From Bacteroidetes bacterium 2013_40CM_41_45 (GTDB lineage Bacteria; Bacteroidota; Bacteroidia; AKYH767-A; 2013-40CM-41-45): a DNA stretch of 64,000 nucleotides. The DNA lies in NCBI GenBank assembly GCA_002215675.1, contig NGFH01000002.1, forward strand, positions 10,452 through 74,451, given 5' to 3'. The notes below the pieces were generated by a model. It was not told the origin of the DNA and made no database searches. It saw nothing but the letters and a program-made list of their open reading frames with translations. Both the position numbers and the translations under genes were made by a program. Shown piece by piece: positions 45,829 to 52,738 of this stretch (the first letter of the stretch is position 1; each line of letters begins with the position of its first letter).

Positions 45829-45953
45829 GCGTTTAACCTTAAAACCTATTTCACTGTGAGCGGAATCAATATTCCGCGTTGCGTTTGTAATTGCTTGTGT
45901 AGTTTTCATTTTTGTTTTTTTTAATTGTTAGAATTTTTTGACTGGGGGGCTGC

Positions 45954-46355
45954 TTAATACGCATACTGATAGATGCTGTATGCTATTTGAGTATAGTGCA
46001 TCGCGTAATTGTAGACAACGAAAATGCAACATGAAAGCAGGATAACATTTACTGAAAGCCCAAAGTATTCTCTGCGGAAGCTGTGATAAATTATTGCTGC
46101 GAGCAGTAAGAAAGAAATGGCGATGGCGGTTACACCCGCTAATAAATTCCAGTTGAAAAAAAGTGATGCAATAAGCATAGCAAGTGCAGATGCGGCATTT
46201 GCCCAACCGAAGTATTTGAGTGAACGGGTTGAAAATTCCTTGCTGAACGGAAATTGTACATAAAGTTTTTCCTTTGAGAAGAGCAGTGCGAGGATTGCAG
46301 TTTCAGCAACTTTGGCTGTGATGAGAAACTGGATTATTAAAACAGCTATTTTCAT
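45954..46355 (-). CDS. Hypothetical 4-TM membrane protein
   Basis: 133 aa, mostly hydrophobic helices. No motif recognised. Confidence 0.5.
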   Translation of the reverse strand: MKIAVLIIQFLITAKVAETAILALLFSKEKLYVQFPFSKEFSTRSLKYFGWANAASALAMLIASLFFNWNLLAGVTAIAISFLLLAAIIYHSFRREYFGLSVNVILLSCCIFVVYNYAMHYTQIAYSIYQYAY

Positions 46356-46380
46356 AACTTATTTTTTTTTGAAGTGAAAT

Positions 46381-46749
46381 TTAAATTAGCGATGGTTGAT
46401 TTTTACTTTCTCTTTGAAGCCACAGTATAATTGCTGCTATCACACCAAATAACATTGGAGCAATAGCCATTGGAGCTTGCCCTGCCTGAAGGTGTGTAAT
46501 GATTGCCACAACCGCCCATGCAAAAATTCCATATACGGTAAGCTTGCGAAATTTTGGAATCAGGATTCCTATTGCCAATACTATCTCAATTAGCCCAATC
46601 GGGAATCTGAACCAAAGCGGATAGTCCCAGCTTTCTAAATTTTTAATTTGCATTTCAGCTCCAATAAGTTTTGTAATGCCGGCATTTGCAAATGCAAGCG
46701 CAAGCAAACCTGCAAGCGCCCATGTGATAATTTTTTTTGTCTTTGTCAT
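46381..46749 (-). CDS. DoxX-family membrane protein
   Basis: 122 aa, 4 TM, with the N-terminal pattern LAGLLALAFANAGITKL typical of DoxX-like proteins. Confidence 0.75.
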   Translation of the reverse strand: MTKTKKIITWALAGLLALAFANAGITKLIGAEMQIKNLESWDYPLWFRFPIGLIEIVLAIGILIPKFRKLTVYGIFAWAVVAIITHLQAGQAPMAIAPMLFGVIAAIILWLQRESKNQPSLI

Positions 46750-46848
46750 TGCTTTTAATTTTTAATTGTTTGTAAATGATGTTTAAATTAACAGCACAAA
46801 AGTGCAGCAGTGACAAAGCGAAAAACGTTGATGTGGGATAGAAAAAAA

Positions 46849-46866
46849 TGTTGACAAATGTCAACA
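46849..46866. promoter_or_regulatory. Perfect 18-bp palindrome TGTTGACAAATGTCAACA (FNR/CRP-type TTGA-N6-TCAA)
   Basis: About 108 nt upstream of the DoxX gene start. A near-identical palindrome is at 47816-47833. Confidence 0.6.
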
Positions 46867-46944
46867 GAACGACTAGTGTCTTAGAAAAAATCTCTCGCAG
46901 ATGTTCGCAGACAAAAAATAAAATCTGCGCTTATCAGCGTAATC

Positions 46945-46984
46945 CCTGCCTGCCAATGTTGAGGCTTGCGCTTTGGCGGGCAGG
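46945..46984. repeat. GC-rich REP-like hairpin
   Basis: CCTGCCTGCCAA ... TTGGCGGGCAGG, preceded by an AATCTGCG-type motif stretch at 46895-46940. Confidence 0.6.
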
Positions 46985-47010
46985 TGCGGGAAACAAAAAT
47001 GGGAAGTAGC

Positions 47011-47595
47011 TTATTTCTTCACTAGCTGGTGACGAATGCGGCTAAGCGTTTCCTTGGTAATGCCGAGATATGAAGCGATAATATGTTGTGGAAAGCGTTG
47101 AATAAATTCGGGGTATTGTCTTGCAAAATCTTCGTAGCGTTTTTCAGCAGAAAAACTGATGGAAGCAATGACTCTTTTTTGAAGAGCAGAGGCATGATTC
47201 TCGTCCATCTTTCTGGTCATTTCATTTAAAGCCGGCATTCCACCCAGGTTACTTAAAAAATCAGCGCGTGTTACAAGCAATGCATCGGTATCTTCCCAGG
47301 CATCAATATTATAAACGGACGGAGTCAGCATGGTAAAACTCTCGCGGTCCACCGCCCACCAGTTTTCTATGGTCAACCGAACAATATGTTCTGTTCCTTT
47401 TTCATCAACACTGTATTGCCGCATTGCACCTTTAACTATGAATGCTGTGTATTTGCATACCTCTCCTTCCTGCAACAAGAATTGTTTTTTTCGTATTCGC
47501 TTTGCAAGAAAGGTATTCTTAATCAGCTCATCATCCCCTTCTTTGAGCGGAGTAGTAGAATATTTTTTGATATACGCTATCAGAGAATCGTGCAT
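47011..47595 (-). CDS. Crp/Fnr-family transcriptional regulator
   Basis: cNMP-binding-like fold plus the C-terminal HTH IIASYLGITKETLSRIRHQLVKK. Confidence 0.85.
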   Translation of the reverse strand: MHDSLIAYIKKYSTTPLKEGDDELIKNTFLAKRIRKKQFLLQEGEVCKYTAFIVKGAMRQYSVDEKGTEHIVRLTIENWWAVDRESFTMLTPSVYNIDAWEDTDALLVTRADFLSNLGGMPALNEMTRKMDENHASALQKRVIASISFSAEKRYEDFARQYPEFIQRFPQHIIASYLGITKETLSRIRHQLVKK

Positions 47596-47632
47596 TGCCC
47601 TTACAAAGATAAATTTTTAAGTCTTTTTGAAA

Positions 47633-47653
47633 TCCTTCTCCTTTGGAGAAGGA
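47633..47653. repeat. Perfect 9-bp-stem hairpin TCCTTCTCC-TTT-GGAGAAGGA
   Basis: Same family as 3826-3846. It abuts mosaic repeat copy D. Confidence 0.6.
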
Positions 47654-47671
47654 TTTAGGATGAGGCGATTT

Positions 47672-47719
47672 GAAGCAGAACGGTTTTGTCCTCCATATTG
47701 ACCGTCCCGCTTTCCGCAG
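47672..47719 (-). repeat. Mosaic intergenic repeat, copy D (truncated)
   Basis: GAAGCAGAACGG..TTGACCGTCCCGCTTTCCGCAG matches the GAAGCTGAAC...CTGACCGTCCCGCTTTTCGC end of copy A and then breaks off. Confidence 0.7.
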
Positions 47720-47794
47720 TATATCATTGCTTCTTACATGAGCATTGCCAAGGAAACACTTAGCCGTTTCCGTCACCAGGCAGTGAAAAAATAG
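47717..47794 (+). pseudogene. 3'-terminal remnant (25 codons plus stop) of a second Crp/Fnr-family gene
   Basis: Hand translation QYIIASYMSIAKETLSRFRHQAVKK* parallels the C-termini of both intact Crp genes (IIASYLGITKETLSRIRHQLVKK). It begins exactly where repeat copy D ends. Confidence 0.6.
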
Positions 47795-47815
47795 CCTCCT
47801 TTTTACTTCTTCCTT

Positions 47816-47833
47816 CGTTGACATTTGTCAACG
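47816..47833. promoter_or_regulatory. Perfect 18-bp palindrome CGTTGACATTTGTCAACG (FNR/CRP-type)
   Basis: About 95 nt upstream of the YceI gene start. The 16-nt core differs from the 46850-46865 site only in the central spacer. Confidence 0.6.
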
Positions 47834-47919
47834 TTTTTTCCTGGCATTTATCATCGTTTTCTGCTTTGCCGGGGATGCATTTTTGCATCGTTAATCAAAC
47901 AATCAAAAAATAAATCAAA

Positions 47920-48504
47920 ATGAAAAAATTATCAGTAATCACAGCAGTAGCTTTCGCTACATTATTATTGTCGTTCAAACCGGTTGAAAACACATCGTGG
48001 TCGCTTGACGCGGCACATGCCAAATTAGGTTTTTCAGTCACACACTTAATGGTGTCCGATGTGGAAGGATTTTTTAAAGTTTTCCAGGCAACAGTTACAG
48101 CTCCAAAAGCAGATTTCACCGATGCAGTTGTCACCATGTCGGCTGATGTAAGTTCAGTAAACACAGACAACGAACAACGAGACACTCACTTGAAAGGCCC
48201 TGACTTTTTTGATGCAAAAAAGTTTTCTTCCATTGATTTCAAAAGCACTTCGTTTAAGCCGACAAAGGTGGCAGGCACTTATGAGGTGAAAGGAAACCTT
48301 ACCATGCACGGTATCACAAAATCGGTAACGGTTTCAGCCATTGCACGAACCGGCACAAATCCACAAAGCCAAAAACCAATTGCAGGTTTCAAAATTTCAG
48401 GAAAAATAAACCGCACCGATTTTGAAATCGGAAGTTCAATTCCATCCGCAATGTTAGGAGAAGAAGTAGAGATAATTGCCAATGCTGAATTTGTAAAAAA
48501 CTAA
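47920..48504 (+). CDS. YceI-family periplasmic protein
   Basis: Signal peptide, with AKLGFSVTHLMVSDVEGFF, NTDNEQRDTHLKGPDFFDAKKF and VKGNLTMHGITK. Paralogue of 43376-43945. Confidence 0.85.
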   Translation: MKKLSVITAVAFATLLLSFKPVENTSWSLDAAHAKLGFSVTHLMVSDVEGFFKVFQATVTAPKADFTDAVVTMSADVSSVNTDNEQRDTHLKGPDFFDAKKFSSIDFKSTSFKPTKVAGTYEVKGNLTMHGITKSVTVSAIARTGTNPQSQKPIAGFKISGKINRTDFEIGSSIPSAMLGEEVEIIANAEFVKN

Positions 48505-48569
48505 TTTATTAAACACCCGGTTCAAAAACAATGTAGGTAATAAGAAAAAATAAAAAAGTAAGCAATACA

Positions 48570-49442
48570 ATGACTACAAAAAGAAAACTAATAAAAATTT
48601 ATACGCCTAAGGAGGAACGCGGTTTCCTGGGACAAGGGCATACAGCCCGCTCTCTTCTTATGGGAAACTTCTCCGAGACCGACCCTTTCATTGCACTCAT
48701 GGATGATATGCTTGATAAAAAGGACAATAGTCCGGCAGGTGGACCGCATCCTCATGCGGGTTTTGAAACTGTCTCGCTTTTAGTTGATGGGAAAATTACT
48801 GAGATGTTAGAGTCAATGAAAAAAGGTGACTTTCAGATTATGACAGCAGGAAGTGGAATTGTTCACACTGAAACTATAAATCAACCAACCAAGGGAAGGT
48901 TATTTCAGCTGTGGTTAAATCTTCCGAAAAAAAATCGCTGGACAACACCGCGACTACAAATCTTACCGTCAGAACATACGCCCGTATCAGAACAAAACGG
49001 AATAAACCTTAGAATGTATAGCGGTTCACTTGATGGATTAAGTTCTCCAATTCAAAATTATGTTCCTCTCATTCTTGCAGAAATCACAATGAATTCCGGA
49101 GCAGCAACTACACTTAAAATCCCAGCCAACTTCAATACTTTTTTAGTAGCAATTAATGGCACTGTTGAAGTAGGAGAAGATAAAAAACTTTTGACTAAAG
49201 ACCAGGTTGGTTGGCTCAATCATTTTGATGATGATTCTCAAAGCGATTTAATTTTGAAAGCGGGAGAAGAAGGTGTTCGTTTGGTTTTATATGCTGCCAA
49301 GCCGCTTGGGGAAGAAATTGTTTCTCACGGACCATTCATTGCCGACCACTCTGATGAAATACAAAAACTTTATCAGGAATACAGAACCGGTAAGATGAAA
49401 CACATATCAAAATCTCCGGTAAGTCAAAGAATAACTTATTAG
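48570..49442 (+). CDS. Pirin-family protein
   Basis: GGPHPHAGFETVSLLVDG cupin metal motif. Length of 290 aa fits a bicupin. Confidence 0.88.
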   Translation: MTTKRKLIKIYTPKEERGFLGQGHTARSLLMGNFSETDPFIALMDDMLDKKDNSPAGGPHPHAGFETVSLLVDGKITEMLESMKKGDFQIMTAGSGIVHTETINQPTKGRLFQLWLNLPKKNRWTTPRLQILPSEHTPVSEQNGINLRMYSGSLDGLSSPIQNYVPLILAEITMNSGAATTLKIPANFNTFLVAINGTVEVGEDKKLLTKDQVGWLNHFDDDSQSDLILKAGEEGVRLVLYAAKPLGEEIVSHGPFIADHSDEIQKLYQEYRTGKMKHISKSPVSQRITY

Positions 49443-49669
49443 AAAAAACATCTTCAAAGAAAAATCATGGCGCAACTATTGCAATACAATTTGAAAAACC
49501 TGTTCACGCAATAATTTCTTTAAAGGCAAGTATAGTGAAACTGATATCATGTGTTTTGGAGAGGATATATCATTAATTTTGAGATACAATTAATCAGGCA
49601 ACAGTGAGGTACAGCTGTTAAACAGTACAAAAGTAAAACATAGTATAAATCTAGTAAATCTAAAAACCT

Positions 49670-50308
49670 ATGAGCAGTTTACCCATCAGAGATCAGAAAA
49701 AAGATCACCTCCTGACTCCCGAAAATTCCACCTTAATTGTCATTGACTATCAGCCTCAACAAATGTTTTCCGTTGTTTCGACAGACAAGTATGTGATGGT
49801 TAAAAACGTTGTAGCGCTTATTAACCTGGCTAAATTGTATAAGATGCCGATTGTTGTTTCAACAGTTGGCGTTGGTTCCGGAAGAGAATCGACCATTTCA
49901 CCCATCGCCCATGTTACGAAGGATTTGCCTTCTTATGACCGTTCTTCCATTAATGCCTGGGAGGATAAAGAATTCCTGGAAGCAGTGAAAGCAACGGGGC
50001 GAAAGAAACTAATTATAGCTGCGCTTTGGACTGAAGCGTGCCTGCTATTTCCGACCTTAGATGCAATAAGAGAAGGATACGATGTGTATCCGGTAGTTGA
50101 TGCGGTAGGAGGCACTTCTGTATTAGCACATGAAACAGCATTGAGAAGAATGGAAAAGGCAGGAGCACAGCTTACTACAATTGTTTCATTAGTTTGTGAG
50201 CTGCAAAGAGATTGGGCAAGAACTGAAACTGTACCCGGAATGTGGGAAGTAATAAAAGAAGTTCCGGGCATAATGGCGCTTGGCGTATTGATGAGAGAAA
50301 AACCTTAA
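49670..50308 (+). CDS. Isochorismatase-family hydrolase (YcaC-like), cytoplasmic
   Basis: LIVIDYQ, INAWED, LIIAALWTEACL and ELQRDWARTET. Paralogue of 40912-41646, which shares ELQRDWARTET. Confidence 0.85.
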   Translation: MSSLPIRDQKKDHLLTPENSTLIVIDYQPQQMFSVVSTDKYVMVKNVVALINLAKLYKMPIVVSTVGVGSGRESTISPIAHVTKDLPSYDRSSINAWEDKEFLEAVKATGRKKLIIAALWTEACLLFPTLDAIREGYDVYPVVDAVGGTSVLAHETALRRMEKAGAQLTTIVSLVCELQRDWARTETVPGMWEVIKEVPGIMALGVLMREKP

Positions 50309-50423
50309 CGAAAGAAAAATGAATTGAAGTTGATACATCTACATGCTTCTATTCTGTCTGGTGGTGATTGGGACGGTAAAATTGTAAGTGCATAATGCAT
50401 GAGTAAATATTATCTTTGTTATT

Positions 50424-50437
50424 CTATTTTAAAATAG
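50424..50437. promoter_or_regulatory. Perfect 14-bp AT-rich palindrome CTATTTTAAAATAG just upstream of the peroxiredoxin start
   Basis: Ends 9 nt before the ATG at 50446. Function unknown. AT-rich palindromes can arise by chance. Confidence 0.25.
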
Positions 50438-50445
50438 TATTATTT

Positions 50446-50922
50446 ATGCTCCCTCTAAATATTAAAGCTCCCGAGTTTTCTCTGTACGCAACGCCTGACC
50501 AAAAGGTAAAGCTAAGCGAACTGAAGGGCAAAAAAGTAATTCTTGCTTTCTATCCCGCTGATTGGAGCGTGGTTTGCAGCGACCAGATGTCACTGTACAA
50601 TGCCACGCTCAAACTTTTTCATAAATATAAAGCTGAGCTGATTGGCATTTCTGTTGACAGTAAATGGTGTCACATGGCTTTTGGGCAAGAAAGGAAATTA
50701 CATTTTACTCTGCTTGCCGATTTCCATCCCAAAGGTGCTGTCGCTAAGCTCTATGATGTTTATGATGAAGAAGAAGGGGAGTGCAGGCGCGCTTTGTATG
50801 TGCTGGACGAAGAGGGTATCATTCGCTGGAATTATTTGTCTCCTGTAGGAATAAATCCGGGTGCAGATGGCATTCTCGATGCGTTGGAAGAAATGTCAAA
50901 AAATAAAAAAGCTGTTTATTGA
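50446..50922 (+). CDS. Peroxiredoxin (AhpC/TSA-Bcp-like)
   Basis: KAPEFSL..., then VILAFYPADWSVVCSDQM with the peroxidatic Cys. Start taken at the ATG at 50446. Confidence 0.85.
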   Translation: MLPLNIKAPEFSLYATPDQKVKLSELKGKKVILAFYPADWSVVCSDQMSLYNATLKLFHKYKAELIGISVDSKWCHMAFGQERKLHFTLLADFHPKGAVAKLYDVYDEEEGECRRALYVLDEEGIIRWNYLSPVGINPGADGILDALEEMSKNKKAVY

Positions 50923-50923
50923 T

Positions 50924-51448
50924 ATGCTGAAACCTCCGGTATCAGAAAAAGACCATGCTCAGGGCGCTAAGAATGCTCCCATTGTGCTTGTTGAGTACGG
51001 TGACTACCAATGTCCGCATTGCGGGCACGCATATCCGATTCTTAAGAAGATTCAAAAGCAGTTAGGCGATGATCTGAAATTTGTTTTCCGCAATTTTCCT
51101 ATTGAAGAAAGCCATCCGAATGCTGTGCAGGCGGCAGTGGCTTCTGAAGCAGCAGCATTGCAAAACAAATACTGGCAAATGCATGATGCCCTGTTTGAAC
51201 ATCAATATGATCTGAGCGCTGAAGGCATTTTAAGCCTGGTGTTAAACTTAAAGCTCGATGTAAAGCAGTTTGCATCAGACATTCAAAAGGAAGAGTTGTT
51301 TCAAAAAGTAGAAGACGATTTTGAAAGTGGCGTCAGAAGCGGTGTAAACGGCACTCCCGGTTTCTTTATTAATGGCCGGCAGTATTATGATAACTGGGAG
51401 TATGATTATTTTTTGAATTATCTGAGAGGGCTTCTACAACTTAAGTAA
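50924..51448 (+). CDS. DsbA-family thioredoxin-fold protein
   Basis: EYGDYQCPHCGHAYP (CPHC active site). The ATG at 50924 is 1 nt after the preceding stop. Confidence 0.85.
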   Translation: MLKPPVSEKDHAQGAKNAPIVLVEYGDYQCPHCGHAYPILKKIQKQLGDDLKFVFRNFPIEESHPNAVQAAVASEAAALQNKYWQMHDALFEHQYDLSAEGILSLVLNLKLDVKQFASDIQKEELFQKVEDDFESGVRSGVNGTPGFFINGRQYYDNWEYDYFLNYLRGLLQLK

Positions 51449-51472
51449 ATCATTTCTGGAGGTTTTTTTTCC

Positions 51473-51935
51473 ATGCAATATAAATTTGAAAAACCTGTCC
51501 ATGGCGAAATCGGCATTGTTAAATATCAATGCACTATTGAGTGGCGCGGTGGTAAGTTTATTTCTGATGAACCTGTCTCATCAGGAGGTAAAGATGCAGG
51601 ACCGGACCCCACACCCTTTGCTTCTATCTTCGCTTGCTTCCTGCACATTAATTACACTTCGCATGTATATTGACCGAAAAGGATGGGATATTCCGAACAT
51701 AGCTGTGAATGCAAATCTCTATCAGCAAAAGAAGGGGGAAAACATCATTACGGTGATTGACCGTGATATTATTTTTCTAAGCCCTGTAGACGAGGAGCGG
51801 AAGCTTCGGCTGCAGGAAATATCAGCAGAAGTGAGTGAAGTGAATGCCGATTTGAATTCCGTGGCTAAAGGAATTTACCAGCTTCAGTTGATTTCTCCTT
51901 CATTGAATTATAACCGGAAAATCGTTTTACGATAA
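51473..51935 (+). pseudogene. OsmC-family gene with a frameshift near 51601-51617 and a foreign, T9SS-tail-like 3' end
   Basis: Frame A gives ...SSGGKDAGPDP. The +1 frame continues HPLLLSSLASCTLITLRMYIDRKGW (the OsmC core). After ...LQEISAE the sequence becomes VSEVNADLNSVAKGIYQLQLISPSLNYNRKIVLR, which looks like the end of a T9SS type A sorting domain. Confidence 0.6.
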
Positions 51936-51951
51936 GTTCTTTACTCTCGGT

Positions 51952-51988
51952 AAAAAAAGAGCAGCCCCGTAAGGTTGCTCTTTTTTTT
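51952..51988 (+). terminator. Rho-independent terminator
   Basis: AAAAAAAGAGCA-gccccgtaaggt-TGCTCTTTTTTTT, with an A-tract/T-tract flanked stem. Confidence 0.7.
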
Positions 51989-52097
51989 ATTTGATCTTTT
52001 TGCTGCAAAAACTTCGACTCAAATATTTAAATTTATTGTTTTGATGATGAGGAAATTTGTTGGCACTTTTGTGGAGATTGGTTTAAATTTTTGTGCA

Positions 52098-52469
52098 ATG
52101 AAAAATAAAAAGAAAATAAAATGGTTCACAAGGCCACAGCCGGGTAATTATCCCGCTGCCAAATCGTATCTGGATTTGATTTATGATGAAGCCACATCAT
52201 CTGCCATGATAAGCAAATTAAAAAGAGCCTCACTTACCGAGTTTAAAGCAAAAGATATTTTCAGAACTTCCGGTCTGTCGCTGCTTGGTGTGAGTAATTC
52301 ACATGTAGCGAAGGACAGAAAAAAAATTAAGAAGGAATTTCGCCTCTCGCCACTTCTTCTTGTGCGAGACACGGCTAACGGAAAAGTAATCATCGCAGAC
52401 GGGTATCATCGAATGTGTGCCGTGTATTCATTTGACGAAGATGCAGTACTGCCTTGCAAAATAATCTGA
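52098..52469 (+). CDS. Small protein with ParB/Srx-like DGxHR motif
   Basis: Start at the ATG at 52098 (MKNKKKIKWF...). The C-terminal LLVRDTANGKVIIADGYHRMCAV resembles the DGxHR signature of ParB-like nuclease / DGQHR domains. The call is tentative. Confidence 0.4.
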   Translation: MKNKKKIKWFTRPQPGNYPAAKSYLDLIYDEATSSAMISKLKRASLTEFKAKDIFRTSGLSLLGVSNSHVAKDRKKIKKEFRLSPLLLVRDTANGKVIIADGYHRMCAVYSFDEDAVLPCKII

Positions 52470-52738
52470 CACTTAACCCCTAAAGTGTTCAGAACACTTT
52501 TAGGTTTAATACACAATGGAACTTTTGGAAAATTGAACTCAAACAAATAATAAAATGAAACCAAAATTACTTTTACGAATAGCATCTATTATAATGCTTC
52601 TTCATGATGCCGGGCACACTTATGGACATTTAACATGGAAGCAAACTCCTGATGCGGTACCAAGAGAATCAGAATAAGCAATTAAGATTAACATGGAGCC
52701 CGGCACCGACTGATATTTTAAAATGCCTGAGATTGACC

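Noticed and set aside
45928-46206. A 92-aa ORF overlapping the 133-aa membrane protein gene in another frame.
   Set aside because: The alternative frame (45954-46355) gives a coherent 4-TM protein. This frame is Cys/Arg-rich and implausible.
51975-52097. An upstream extension of the ParB-like ORF (TTG start at 51975).
   Set aside because: The extension begins inside the terminator stem and T-tract and translates to a Phe/Leu-rich low-complexity peptide. The ATG at 52098 is more plausible.
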